Assembly (NCBI GenBank): GCA_938074535.1 | Contig: CALJER010000051.1 | Location: forward strand, 1-23,305 | Direction of reading: 5' to 3' | Length of the DNA: 23,305 bases | Source: an uncultured archaeon | GTDB taxonomy: Archaea > Hadarchaeota > Hadarchaeia > Hadarchaeales > WYZ-LMO6 | Shown here: positions 1 through 8,865 of the stretch, one piece after another | Layout of the letters: every line of letters begins with the position of its first letter | Numbering within the stretch: the stretch's first letter is position 1 | Notes under the pieces: generated by a model | Database searches by the model: none | What the model saw: the letters and a program-made list of their open reading frames with translations, nothing else | Told to the model about the DNA's origin: nothing | Position numbers and translations under genes: made by a program

Positions 1-1
1 C

Positions 2-166
2 GGCTATGCCTACGCCAAGCTGAAGCCGGGGGTGGTGGGGGTGAAGGTAAGGATCATGCCTCCCGCGCCCACACCGGACGAGATAAGGATCAAAACCGAA
101 ACCCAGAAAACGGAGGAAACACCACCGGAGAAGGCGGAGGGAGAGAGTGGCGGTGCTGAAGGCTGA
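2..166 (+). CDS. rps3: 30S ribosomal protein S3 (uS3), C-terminal fragment, truncated by window start
   Basis: Frame 2 reads [21 protein letters not shown]...TPDEIRIK plus an acidic tail, with TGA at 164-166. This matches the archaeal uS3 C-terminus and sits directly before rpl29. Confidence 0.9.
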   Translation, partial: GYAYAKLKPGVVGVKVRIMPPAPTPDEIRIKTETQKTEETPPEKAEGESGGAEG

Positions 167-359
167 GGAGATAAGGGGAATGAGCCTGGAAGAGATAAAA
201 AACAAGCTCAGGGAGCTCCGCGCGGAGCTGGCCAGGGAGAGGGCGGTGAGGAGGGGGGGAGGTCCCTCCGACAACCCCATGAGGGCGAGGGAGCTCAGGC
301 GCGCCATAGCAAGAATTTTAACGGTGGCGCGAGAAAAAGAAAGGGTGAGAGCTCCATAA
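147..359 (+). CDS. rpl29: 50S ribosomal protein L29 (uL29)
   Basis: [13 protein letters not shown]...ELRAEL...[19 protein letters not shown]; GTG start; canonical position after rps3. Confidence 0.96.
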   Translation: MAVLKAEEIRGMSLEEIKNKLRELRAELARERAVRRGGGPSDNPMRARELRRAIARILTVAREKERVRAP

Positions 360-670
360 TGCAGGGAATCTGTCCACGCTGCGGCCTTCCCACCGAACTC
401 TGCGTCTGCGGTGAGATCTCACGGGAGCAGCAGAAGATCACCGTCTACTCGGAAAGCCGCAGGTTCGGGAAGGTGGTGACGGTGATAGAGGGGCTGGATG
501 AGAAGAAGAGCGACCTGAAGGAACTGCTGAAGAAGCTGAAGAGCAGGATGGCCTGCGGGGGGACGATGAGGGAGAAGAGCATCGAGCTCCAGGGCGACCA
601 CAAGGACAGGATAAAGGAAGTGCTGGTGGAGTTCGGGTTTTTACCCGAGTCCATAGACGTTATCGAGTGA
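359..670 (+). CDS. sui1: Translation initiation factor aIF1 (SUI1 family)
   Basis: ICPRCGLPTELCVC N-terminus, RRFGKVVTVIEG, LKSRMACGGT, IELQGDH; conserved archaeal synteny. Confidence 0.96.
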   Translation: MQGICPRCGLPTELCVCGEISREQQKITVYSESRRFGKVVTVIEGLDEKKSDLKELLKKLKSRMACGGTMREKSIELQGDHKDRIKEVLVEFGFLPESIDVIE

Positions 671-671
671 G

Positions 672-941
672 ATGCCCCTGCGTCCCTCCAACCTTCCCAG
701 GCACGAGCTGATAGGGCTGGAGGTGGAGGTCCTGGACAGCAGAGACCCCGGCCTGAGGGGCCTGCGGGGCAGGGTGGTGGACGAGACGAAGAACATGCTT
801 AAAATAAGGGCCGGGGCAAAGGTAAAAAGCATACCGAAGTCCATAGTCTACCTGAAGTTCGTCCTGCCGGGGGGAGAGGAAGTGAGGATAGAAGGGAAGA
901 GGCTGGTGGCGAGGCCAGAGGACAGGGTGAGGAAGGCATGA
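672..941 (+). CDS. rnp1: Ribonuclease P protein component 1 (Rpp29/Pop4)
   Basis: [35 protein letters not shown] motifs; synteny. Confidence 0.95.
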   Translation: MPLRPSNLPRHELIGLEVEVLDSRDPGLRGLRGRVVDETKNMLKIRAGAKVKSIPKSIVYLKFVLPGGEEVRIEGKRLVARPEDRVRKA

Positions 942-1258
942 GAAGCGTGCTGGGAAGGAAGGCCCCCGAGAGCCCCTGCTCCGACCCGCGCTGTCCCTTC
1001 CACGGAAACCTCTCCGTGAGGGGAGGGGTGCTGGAGGGGATAGTGGTGAGCGACAAGAGGTCGAAAACCGTGACGGTGGAGATCCCCCGCGTTCACAGGG
1101 TGGAGAAGTACGAGAGGTTCGAGAAAAGGACCTCCAGGATCCACGCCCACAACCCTCCCTGCATCAGCGCCAGAGCGGGGGAAAGGGTGAAGATAGCGGA
1201 GTGCCGGAGGCTCAGCAAGACCAAAGCCTTCGTGGTGATAGGGAAGGAGGGTGGCTGA
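938..1258 (+). CDS. rps17: 30S ribosomal protein S17 (uS17), archaeal type
   Basis: [48 protein letters not shown]. Confidence 0.97.
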   Translation: MRSVLGRKAPESPCSDPRCPFHGNLSVRGGVLEGIVVSDKRSKTVTVEIPRVHRVEKYERFEKRTSRIHAHNPPCISARAGERVKIAECRRLSKTKAFVVIGKEGG

Positions 1259-1681
1259 ATGGGAAAGAGAGCCGGAGGGGTCATGGCCACGGGCCTCGCC
1301 GCCCCCGTCCGCGCCCTCCCCATAGGGGCCAGGCTGAGCTGTGCCGACAACACGGGGGCCAAGGAAATCCAGATCATCTCGGTGGTGGGGCTGAAGGGAA
1401 AGAGGAGGAGGCTGCTCTCGGCGGGGGTGGGGGATCAGGTGGTGGCCTCCGTCAAGAAGGGGACCCCCGAGTTCAGGAAGCAGATCGTCCGCGCCGTGGT
1501 GATCAGGCAGAAGAAGCCCTACCTCAGAAGCGACGGGATCAGGATCAAGTTCGAGGACAACGCCGCCGCCATCATCACCCCGGACGGCTCGCCCAAGGGC
1601 TCGGAGATCAGGGGGCCCATAGCCAAGGAGGCGGCGGAGCGCTGGCCCAAGCTGGCGGGAATAGCCACGATGGTGGTGTGA
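1259..1681 (+). CDS. rpl14: 50S ribosomal protein L14 (uL14)
   Basis: [52 protein letters not shown]. Confidence 0.97.
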   Translation: MGKRAGGVMATGLAAPVRALPIGARLSCADNTGAKEIQIISVVGLKGKRRRLLSAGVGDQVVASVKKGTPEFRKQIVRAVVIRQKKPYLRSDGIRIKFEDNAAAIITPDGSPKGSEIRGPIAKEAAERWPKLAGIATMVV

Positions 1682-2041
1682 GTGAAGAGCAGGAAGCCGG
1701 GGAAGCAGAGGCTCTGGCTCCACCGCATGCCCCTCCACAGAAGGCACAAACTGCTCTCCGCCACCCTCAGCCCCGAGCTGAGGGAAAAGTACGGCAGGAG
1801 GTCCCTCCCGGTGAGGAAGGGGGACAGGGTGAGGATCCTGAGGGGAGACTTCAGGAAGCTGGAGGGGGAGGTGCTGGAGGTGGACCCGAAGAGGATGGCG
1901 GTGACGGTGGACGGGGCCCTCACCAGGAAGGCGGACGGGACCGAGGTTCCCAGGAAAATCCATCCCTCCAACCTCATGCTCCTGAAGCTGGCGCAGGACA
2001 AGGAAAGGGAGAGGATCCTGGCGAGGACCGCCCCCTCCTAG
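1682..2041 (+). CDS. rpl24: 50S ribosomal protein L24 (uL24), archaeal type
   Basis: SRKPGKQR, LSPELREKYG.RSLPVRKGDRVRILRGDF (KOW), IHPSNLM. Confidence 0.97.
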   Translation: MKSRKPGKQRLWLHRMPLHRRHKLLSATLSPELREKYGRRSLPVRKGDRVRILRGDFRKLEGEVLEVDPKRMAVTVDGALTRKADGTEVPRKIHPSNLMLLKLAQDKERERILARTAPS

Positions 2042-2065
2042 CCCGGCGCTTTCCCACTGTTACAC

Positions 2066-2076
2066 AAATGAATAAG
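2066..2076 (+). promoter_or_regulatory. Possible TATA-like promoter for the his cluster
   Basis: AT-rich patch (AAATGAATAAG) in the 58-bp gap, about 25-30 nt upstream of ATG 2100; weak match to consensus. Confidence 0.3.
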
Positions 2077-2099
2077 AGGGGGCAGACCCTAGGGGGAAG

Positions 2100-2759
2100 A
2101 TGCGCATAGACCTGCACACTCACTCCCTCCTGAGCGACGGGAAGGTCCTGCCCGTGGAGCTTGCCAGGAGGGCGGAGGTGATGGGGCATGCGGCCCTCGC
2201 CATCACCGACCACGCCGATCCCTCCAACCTGGAAAAGCTCGTGCCCCAGATCCTCAGGGCCTCCGAAGAGGTGAACAGGAACATGAACATCAGGCTCGTG
2301 CCGGGGGTGGAGCTCACCCACCTTCCCCCCTCCGGCATAGGGAAGATGGCCAGGCTGGCGAGGAAGCTGGGGGCCGCCCTGGTGGTGGTGCACGGGGAGA
2401 GCCCGGTGGAGCCCGTCCCCCCGGGAACCAACGAAGCCGCGATTGACTGCGGGGAGGTGGATCTGCTGGCCCACCCAGGTTTCCTCTCCGCCCAGCTGGC
2501 CGAGAGGGCGGAGAGGGGGGAGGTTTACCTGGAGCTGACCTCCAGAAAGGGGCACTCCCTCACCAACGGGTGGATAGCCAGGGTGGCGGGAGGGAAGGGG
2601 GACAGGCTGCTGGTGAACACCGACGCCCACGACCCCGAGGACCTCCTCACCCAGGAAGAGGCCAGGAAAGTGGCGCTGGGGGCGGGACTGGAAGAGAGGG
2701 AGGCGGAGAGGGTGGTGGGAGAGAACCCGAGGGCCTTCCTCAAGAGGTTAGGATATTGA
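2100..2759 (+). CDS. PHP-family phosphoesterase, probable histidinol-phosphate phosphatase
   Basis: PHP metal motifs DLHTHS.LSDG, AITDH, GVELTH, VHGE, LAHP, NTDAH; its stop overlaps the hisC start. Confidence 0.8.
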   Translation: MRIDLHTHSLLSDGKVLPVELARRAEVMGHAALAITDHADPSNLEKLVPQILRASEEVNRNMNIRLVPGVELTHLPPSGIGKMARLARKLGAALVVVHGESPVEPVPPGTNEAAIDCGEVDLLAHPGFLSAQLAERAERGEVYLELTSRKGHSLTNGWIARVAGGKGDRLLVNTDAHDPEDLLTQEEARKVALGAGLEEREAERVVGENPRAFLKRLGY

Positions 2760-3838
2760 GGCTCCTCTCACGGAGGGTCAGGAAGTTCCTGAGGGCGGGA
2801 AGGGCCTACCCCTACGCGGAGGAGTACGGGAGGAGGAGGGGGGTGGTGAACCTCGCCTCCAACGAGAGCCCCTTCGGCCCCTCCCCCCTCGTCCTCAGGG
2901 CCCTGAGGGAGGCCCTTCCCCAGGCGGGCTACTACCCCGACCCGAAGGCGGAGGGGCTGAGGGAAGCCATCGGGAGGTACGTGGGGCTTGGGAAGGAGGA
3001 AGTGCTGCTGGGAAACGGGTCGGACGAGCTCATGGACCTCCTCTGCCGGGCCTTCCTCGATCCAGGAGACCGGGTCCTCCTCCCCCTGCCCACCTTCAGC
3101 TTCTACGAAACCGGAGTGCTGCTGAGCGGCGGGGTGCCGAAGTTCTACAGGGGAAAAGAGGGGGAGTGGGACCCGGAGGAGCTGGTCTCGGCCTGCAGGG
3201 GGGTCAAGCTGGTCTTTCTGGGGAGGCCGAACAACCCCACCGGGAGCTGCCTGGAGGAGGAGGCGGTGGAGGGGCTGCTGGACACCGGGGCCCTGGTGGT
3301 GGCCGACGAGGCCTACGTGGAGTTCTCCTCCCGGAAGTCCCTGGCGGGGTGGGTCAGGAGGAGGGAGAACCTGGCGGTGCTCAGGACCTTTTCCAAGGCC
3401 TTCGGGCTGGCCGGGCTCAGGGTGGGCTATCTGCTCGCAGGACCCGAGCTGGTCTCTGTGCTGGAGAGGCTGCGCCAGCCCTTCAGCGTGAACAGGCTGG
3501 CCCAGGTGGCCGCCGGAGCCGCCCTCAGGGACCTGGGGTACATGAGGAGGGTGGTGAGGGAGGTGAGGGAGGAAAGGGAGCGCTTGAGGCATCAGCTCCT
3601 CTCCCTCGGGCTGAAGGTCCTCCCCTCCGAGGCCAACTTCCTGATGGTGGGGACCTCCCCCTGGGGCAGAACGGCGCCCTGGCTCTGCAGGGAGCTCCGC
3701 AGGGAGGGGGTCCTCATAAGGGACCTCTCAGGCTTCAGGGGGGCGGGAAAGGAGTGGGTGAGGATCACGGTGGGGAGAAAGGAAGAAAACGAAAGACTCA
3801 TAGAAGCGCTGGGGAAGGTGAAGGGGGGAGGGAAGTGA
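2756..3838 (+). CDS. hisC: Histidinol-phosphate aminotransferase
   Basis: NLASNESPFGPSP, GNGSDE, PNNPTG, DEAYVEF, LRTFSKAFGLAGLRVGY (PLP Lys). Start placed at TTG 2756 (TTGA overlap) rather than 2570. Confidence 0.93.
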   Translation: MRLLSRRVRKFLRAGRAYPYAEEYGRRRGVVNLASNESPFGPSPLVLRALREALPQAGYYPDPKAEGLREAIGRYVGLGKEEVLLGNGSDELMDLLCRAFLDPGDRVLLPLPTFSFYETGVLLSGGVPKFYRGKEGEWDPEELVSACRGVKLVFLGRPNNPTGSCLEEEAVEGLLDTGALVVADEAYVEFSSRKSLAGWVRRRENLAVLRTFSKAFGLAGLRVGYLLAGPELVSVLERLRQPFSVNRLAQVAAGAALRDLGYMRRVVREVREERERLRHQLLSLGLKVLPSEANFLMVGTSPWGRTAPWLCRELRREGVLIRDLSGFRGAGKEWVRITVGRKEENERLIEALGKVKGGGK

Positions 3839-4701
3839 AGCTGACGATGAGCGTGCCCAAGGGCCACCTGGAGGAGCCCACGGTGAGGCTGCTCCAGCAG
3901 TCGGGCATAGGGGTGGTGGGGAGGGACGGCAGACAGCTCTTCTGCCGGACCAACGACCCGGAGCTGGAGCTGGTGTTCGTGAGGGCGGAGGACATACCCG
4001 ACTTCGTGGCCGAGGGGGCCACAGAGCTCGGCATCACCGGATACGACCTGGTGTGCGAGAGCGGGAGGGAGGGGGAGGTGGTGGAGCTGCTGGATTTGAG
4101 ATACGGCTTCACCAGAATGGTGATAGCCTCTCCCGAGGGGTCGGGGATAAGCTCACCCTCCGACTACCGGCCGGGACTGAGGGTGGCCACGGAGTTCCCC
4201 AACCTCACCCGCCGGTACTTCTCCGAGAGGGGGGTGAAGGTGGAGGTGGTCAACCTCACCGGAGCCGCCGAGATCGCCCCCCTCATAGGGGTGGCCGATC
4301 TGATCGTGGATGTGACCAGCACGGGGACCACCCTGCGCACCCACCGCCTCAGGATAGTGGACACCATCCTGGAGAGCACGGCCAGGCTGGTGGCCAACAG
4401 GAAAAGCCTGGAGGAGAAGGGTGAGAAGATCGAGGAGATCAGGACGGCCCTGAGGAGCGCCACGGAAGCCGAGGGGAAGAAGCTGATCCTCCTCAACCTG
4501 CCCGAGAACAGGCTGGAGGAGGTCAAGAGGGTGCTCCCCGGCATGGCGGGTCCCACCGTCTCCAGGGTGGAGGCGAAGGAACCCATGCTGGCCGTGCAGG
4601 CGGTGGTGAAGGAGTCGGAAGTGTACAGGGTGGTGAGGGAGCTCAAGAAGGCGGGTGGGAGGGACATCCTGGTCCTCCCCATCGAGCGCGTCCTCCCCTA
4701 G
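3835..4701 (+). CDS. hisG: ATP phosphoribosyltransferase, long form
   Basis: VPKGHL, VRAEDIP, GITGYD, VATEFP, G.AEIAP..GVADLIVDVTSTGTTL and C-terminal regulatory domain (LPGMAGPTVS...ILVLPIE); GTG 3835 overlaps hisC stop. Confidence 0.96.
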   Translation: MKLTMSVPKGHLEEPTVRLLQQSGIGVVGRDGRQLFCRTNDPELELVFVRAEDIPDFVAEGATELGITGYDLVCESGREGEVVELLDLRYGFTRMVIASPEGSGISSPSDYRPGLRVATEFPNLTRRYFSERGVKVEVVNLTGAAEIAPLIGVADLIVDVTSTGTTLRTHRLRIVDTILESTARLVANRKSLEEKGEKIEEIRTALRSATEAEGKKLILLNLPENRLEEVKRVLPGMAGPTVSRVEAKEPMLAVQAVVKESEVYRVVRELKKAGGRDILVLPIERVLP

Positions 4702-4709
4702 GTGCCAGC

Positions 4710-5417
4710 TTGCTGGTGATCCCTAGCGTGGACATCAGAAGGGGAAGGTGCGTCAGGCTGAGGGAGGGAAGGGAGGAGGGGGAGAAGGTGTACGGCGACC
4801 CTCTGGAGTGGGCGAGGAGGTGGGAGAGGGAAGGGGCCCGCCTCCTGCACGTGGTGGACCTCGACGCCGCCATGGGCAGGGGGAGCAACCGGGAGCTGAT
4901 CCTCAACCTCCTCCGGGGGAAAAGGAGCGGGGCCCAGGTGGGGGGAGGCATAAGGTCCCTGGAGGTGGCGGAGGGGTATGTGAGGGCGGGGGCGGAGAGG
5001 GTGGTGGTGGGCACCTCCGCCGTTAAAGACCCTGGGCTGGTGAGGGAGCTGGTGAAAACCCTGGGGGGGGAGAGGGTGGTGGCCGCGCTGGACGCCAGGG
5101 GGGGAAGGGTGGTGGTGGAGGGCTGGAGGGAAGAAACGGAAAGGGAAGTGGTGGAGCTGGCCAGGGAGATGGAGGAGCTGGGGGTGGGATGCCTCCTCTA
5201 CACCGATGTGGAGGCCGACGGCACCATGAGGGGGATAGGGAGGAGGACGGCGGAGGTCCTCTCCAGGATAAGGCTCCCGGTGATCCTCTCCGGGGGGGTG
5301 CGCTCCCTGGAGGACGTGAGGAGGGCGAAGGAAGCCGGGGCAGCGGGGCTGATCGTGGGCACGGCCCTGTACGAGGGGAGGTTCACCCTGAGAGAGGCCA
5401 TGGAGGTGGCGGAGTGA
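4710..5417 (+). CDS. hisA: ProFAR isomerase
   Basis: VIPSVDI..GRCVRL..G, LHVVDLD, QVGGGIRS, YTDV..DGT, SGGV.S, IVGTALY; TTG start. Confidence 0.93.
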   Translation: MLVIPSVDIRRGRCVRLREGREEGEKVYGDPLEWARRWEREGARLLHVVDLDAAMGRGSNRELILNLLRGKRSGAQVGGGIRSLEVAEGYVRAGAERVVVGTSAVKDPGLVRELVKTLGGERVVAALDARGGRVVVEGWREETEREVVELAREMEELGVGCLLYTDVEADGTMRGIGRRTAEVLSRIRLPVILSGGVRSLEDVRRAKEAGAAGLIVGTALYEGRFTLREAMEVAE

Positions 5418-5983
5418 GGAAGTGCAGGCTGAAGAGGAAGACCGCGGAGACGGAGGTGGAGGTCTACCTCAAGCTCGACGGCGGGGGCGAAGCCGAAGTG
5501 GAGACGGGAGTAAGGTTCCTGGACCACCTTCTCTCCCACCTGGCCAAGCACTCGGGCTTTGACCTGCGGGTGAAGGCCAGGGGAGACGTGGGGCACCACG
5601 TGGCCGAGGACGTGATGATCGTGATGGGGCAGTGCCTGGAGAAGGCGCTGGGGAACAAGGAAGGAATAAGGAGGATGGGGGACGCGATCGTACCCATGGA
5701 CGAGACGCTGGTGATGGTCTCCGTGGACCTGAGCGGGAGGGGCTACTCCTCCGTTGAGCTCAGGCTCAGGGGAAAGAAGGTGGAGGATCTGGAGGCGGAC
5801 CTGCTCGAGCACCTCCTCCAGACCTTTGCCCAGAACGGGAGGTTCAACCTGCACGCACAGGTGCTGAAGGGCAGGAACGACCACCACAAGGCGGAGGCCG
5901 TCTTCAAAGCCCTGGGGCTGGCCCTGGGGGAGGCCTGCAGCAAGAGGGGGGAGGGAATCCCCAGCACGAAGGGTGTGCTTTGA
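5414..5983 (+). CDS. hisB: Imidazoleglycerol-phosphate dehydratase (monofunctional)
   Basis: RKTAET, TGV.FLDHLL, GD..HH.AED, PMDE, NDHHKAEA.FKA, PSTKGVL; GTG 5414 overlaps hisA stop. Confidence 0.96.
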   Translation: MRKCRLKRKTAETEVEVYLKLDGGGEAEVETGVRFLDHLLSHLAKHSGFDLRVKARGDVGHHVAEDVMIVMGQCLEKALGNKEGIRRMGDAIVPMDETLVMVSVDLSGRGYSSVELRLRGKKVEDLEADLLEHLLQTFAQNGRFNLHAQVLKGRNDHHKAEAVFKALGLALGEACSKRGEGIPSTKGVL

Positions 5984-7257
5984 AGCTCCTGGAACTCGAG
6001 AAGAACCCCGGGGCCCGGAGGGAGCTGAGGGAGGGCGGCCCCCCTTTGGAGGGGGTCCTGAAGAGGGTCAGGAGAATCGTGGAGGAGGTGAGGAGGGGGG
6101 GAGACGAAGCCCTGCTCAGGCTCACCCTCCGCTACGATGGGGTGAGGCTGAGGAGGGAAGAGCTGAGGGTGAGGAAGGAGGAGATCTCCGCTGCTTACCG
6201 GAAGGTGGACCGTGGGACCCTGCGCTCCCTGGAGGAGGCCGCCGGTGCGGTGGAGGGATACCACCGCAGGCAGCTTCCCAGGGGCTGGTCTACCTCCCCC
6301 TTCCCAGGGGTGAGGGCGGGCCAGCTTGTCCTCCCGCTGGACTGTGTGGGCGTGTACCTCCCCGGCGGCCTGGCCTCCTATCCCTCCACCGCCCTCCACA
6401 CCCTCCTGCCCGCCAGGGTGGCGGGGGTGAAGAGAGTGGTGGTGTGCACCCCTCCCGGGCGCGGGGGGGAGATAAACCCGCTCACGCTGGTGGCCGTGGA
6501 CCTGGCGGGCGGGGGCGAGGTCTACAGGGTGGGGGGAGCGCAGGCCGTGGCGGCGATGGCCCTGGGAACGGAAACCATACCCAGGGTGGAGAAGATCGTG
6601 GGGCCGGGAAACCTGTACGTGACCGCCGCCAAGCTCCTCCTTTCCTCCGAGGTGGGCATAGACTTCGCGGCCGGTCCCACCGAGCTGGCGGTGGTGGCGG
6701 ACGCTTCGGCCGATCCCTCCCTGCTGGCCTGGGATCTCCTCGCCCAGGCCGAGCACGACCCCCACGCCAGGCTCTGGCTCCTCACCCCCTCCAGGGAGCT
6801 GGCCCGGAGGGTGGTGGAGGAGGTGGAAAGAACCCTGGGGGTGCTCCCCAGGAGGGGGGTGGCGGAAAAAGCCCTGAGGGAGGGAAAGGCGGTGGTCACC
6901 CGGGATCTGGAGGAGGCGCTGGAGCTGGCCAACCTGCTGGCTCCGGAGCACCTGCAGCTCGCGGTGAGGAGGCCGAGGGAAGCGCTCAGGAGGGTGAGGT
7001 GCGCGGGAACGGTCCTGCTGGGCCAGAAAACCCCTCCCGCCGCCGGGGACTTCGCGGTGGGGCCCAGCCACGTCCTGCCCACCATGGGGGCGGCGAGGTG
7101 GAGGGCGGGTCTCACCGTGCACGATTTCCTCAGGTGCCCCAGCTTCCAGGAACTCAGCCGGGAGGGCCTGCGGAGGGTGGCCCCGCTGGTGGAGAAGCTG
7201 GCCGGAGCAGAGGGTCTTTATGCCCACGCGGAGAGCGTGAGGAGGCGTCTGGGATGA
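5980..7257 (+). CDS. hisD: Histidinol dehydrogenase
   Basis: GVYLPGG..YPST, GGAQAVAA, KIVGPGN.YVTAAK, AGPTE, DLLAQAEHD, APEHL, HVLPT, EGL.AH. Confidence 0.96.
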   Translation: MKLLELEKNPGARRELREGGPPLEGVLKRVRRIVEEVRRGGDEALLRLTLRYDGVRLRREELRVRKEEISAAYRKVDRGTLRSLEEAAGAVEGYHRRQLPRGWSTSPFPGVRAGQLVLPLDCVGVYLPGGLASYPSTALHTLLPARVAGVKRVVVCTPPGRGGEINPLTLVAVDLAGGGEVYRVGGAQAVAAMALGTETIPRVEKIVGPGNLYVTAAKLLLSSEVGIDFAAGPTELAVVADASADPSLLAWDLLAQAEHDPHARLWLLTPSRELARRVVEEVERTLGVLPRRGVAEKALREGKAVVTRDLEEALELANLLAPEHLQLAVRRPREALRRVRCAGTVLLGQKTPPAAGDFAVGPSHVLPTMGAARWRAGLTVHDFLRCPSFQELSREGLRRVAPLVEKLAGAEGLYAHAESVRRRLG

Positions 7258-7676
7258 AGCTGAAACCCGAACGGGCGGAGGAGCTGGTGGGGAGGCTGAG
7301 CTTCAGGGAGGGTCTGGTGACGGCGGTGGTGCAGGAGGAGAGGACGGGGGAGGTGCTGATGGTGGCCCACCAGGATCCGGAAGCCGTGAGAAAGACCCTC
7401 ACCACGGGGCTGATGCACTACTGGAGCCGCTCCAAGGGGAGGCTCTGGCTGAAGGGGGAAAGCTCGGGGCACGTACAGCACCTGAGGGGGGTGAGGGTGG
7501 ACTGCGACGGGGACGCCCTCCTCTACAGGGTGAAGCAGGTGGGGGGCGCCTGCCACGAGGGCTACCGCTCCTGCTTCTTCAGGGGACTCAGGGGGGGCAA
7601 GCTGGTGAGGATGGGAAGGAGGATCTTCGACCCGGAAGAGATTTACGGGGAGGGGGGAAGCGGGGGAAGGCGGTGA
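7254..7676 (+). CDS. hisI: Phosphoribosyl-AMP cyclohydrolase (monofunctional, no HisE domain)
   Basis: YWSRSK..LWLKGESSG, DCDGD, ACHEGYRSCF; ATG 7254 overlaps hisD stop. Confidence 0.95.
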   Translation: MKLKPERAEELVGRLSFREGLVTAVVQEERTGEVLMVAHQDPEAVRKTLTTGLMHYWSRSKGRLWLKGESSGHVQHLRGVRVDCDGDALLYRVKQVGGACHEGYRSCFFRGLRGGKLVRMGRRIFDPEEIYGEGGSGGRR

Positions 7677-7677
7677 A

Positions 7678-8862
7678 ATGAAGTACGTGGTGGTGCTGGG
7701 GGACGGGATGGCGGACCATCCCGTGCGAAGGCTGGGGGGGAAGACTCCCCTCGAGGTGGCCCACAAGCCCAACCTGGACTCCCTGGCCAGGGAGGGGGAG
7801 ATGGGGATGCTGAAGACCGTTCCGAACGGCATGCCCCCCGGATCGGACGTGGCCAACCTCTCCATCCTGGGGTACAGGCCGGAGAGCTGCTACACGGGGA
7901 GGGGGCCCCTGGAGGCTGCCGACATAGGGGTGAAACTCGGGCCCAAAGACGTGGCCTTCAGGTGCAACCTGATCACGGAAAAAGAGGGGAAGATGTACGA
8001 CTACTCCGCCGGCCACGTCACCACGGAGGAAGCGGCGGAGCTCCTGGCCGAGCTGGGACGCAGGTTCAGGAAGGGCGAGTTCCATGTGGGGATCACCTAC
8101 CGCCATGTGTTCGTCCTGAGGAACTGCGACCCCAAGCTGGAGACCGATCCCCCCCACGAGATCCCCGGAGAGCCCATCGCCCGGCACCTGATCAGACCCC
8201 CAGGGGACCCCCTGGCCAGGGAGCTCAACCGCCTGATGCTGGAGTCCAAGCGGATCCTCTCGGAGCATCCCGTCAACAAGGCCAGGGAGATGCAGGGGAA
8301 GAACCCCGCCAACATGATCTGGCTCTGGAGCCAGGGGAGGAGGCCCAGGCTGCAGAACTTCAGGAAGAAGTACGGGATGAAGGGCGCCCTGATCTCCGCC
8401 GTCCCCCTCATCCGTGGGATAGGGGTGTACACGGGAATGACCCTCATCAGGGTGCCGGGGGCCACGGGATACTTCGACACCAACTACGAGGGTAAGGCCC
8501 TGTACGCCCTCAGGGCCCTCGAAGACCACGACTTCGTGTACGTGCACGTGGAGGCCCCGGACGAGGCGGGACACGGGGGGAACCTGGAGATGAAGGTGAA
8601 GGCCATAGAGGACCTGGACCGCAGGCTCCTCGGTCCCCTGCTGGACGGCCTGCCGGAAGGATGCAGGATAGCCGTCCTGCCCGACCACCCCACGCCCCTT
8701 GAGGTCAAGACCCACGTGGCCGAGCCCGTGCCCTTCGTCATCCACGGACCGGGGGTGAAGGGCGAAGGCATGACCTTCTCGGAGAGGAGCGGTGCCAGGG
8801 GATCGGCGGGCTTCCTCGAGGGAGAACAGTTCATGCAGAGGTTCCTGGCCAAGCGCCGGTAG
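7678..8862 (+). CDS. apgM: 2,3-bisphosphoglycerate-independent phosphoglycerate mutase, archaeal type
   Basis: GDGMAD, GKTPL, PGSDVANLS.LGY, GRGPLEA, HVEAPDEAGH, PDHPTP, TH..EPVP. Confidence 0.93.
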   Translation: MKYVVVLGDGMADHPVRRLGGKTPLEVAHKPNLDSLAREGEMGMLKTVPNGMPPGSDVANLSILGYRPESCYTGRGPLEAADIGVKLGPKDVAFRCNLITEKEGKMYDYSAGHVTTEEAAELLAELGRRFRKGEFHVGITYRHVFVLRNCDPKLETDPPHEIPGEPIARHLIRPPGDPLARELNRLMLESKRILSEHPVNKAREMQGKNPANMIWLWSQGRRPRLQNFRKKYGMKGALISAVPLIRGIGVYTGMTLIRVPGATGYFDTNYEGKALYALRALEDHDFVYVHVEAPDEAGHGGNLEMKVKAIEDLDRRLLGPLLDGLPEGCRIAVLPDHPTPLEVKTHVAEPVPFVIHGPGVKGEGMTFSERSGARGSAGFLEGEQFMQRFLAKRR

Positions 8863-8865
8863 GAC

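Noticed and set aside
2570-7676. Long N-terminal extensions of hisC, hisG, hisB and hisI in the ORF track
   Set aside because: Off-frame read-through of upstream genes in GC-rich DNA; real starts overlap the preceding stops (2756, 3835, 5414, 7254).
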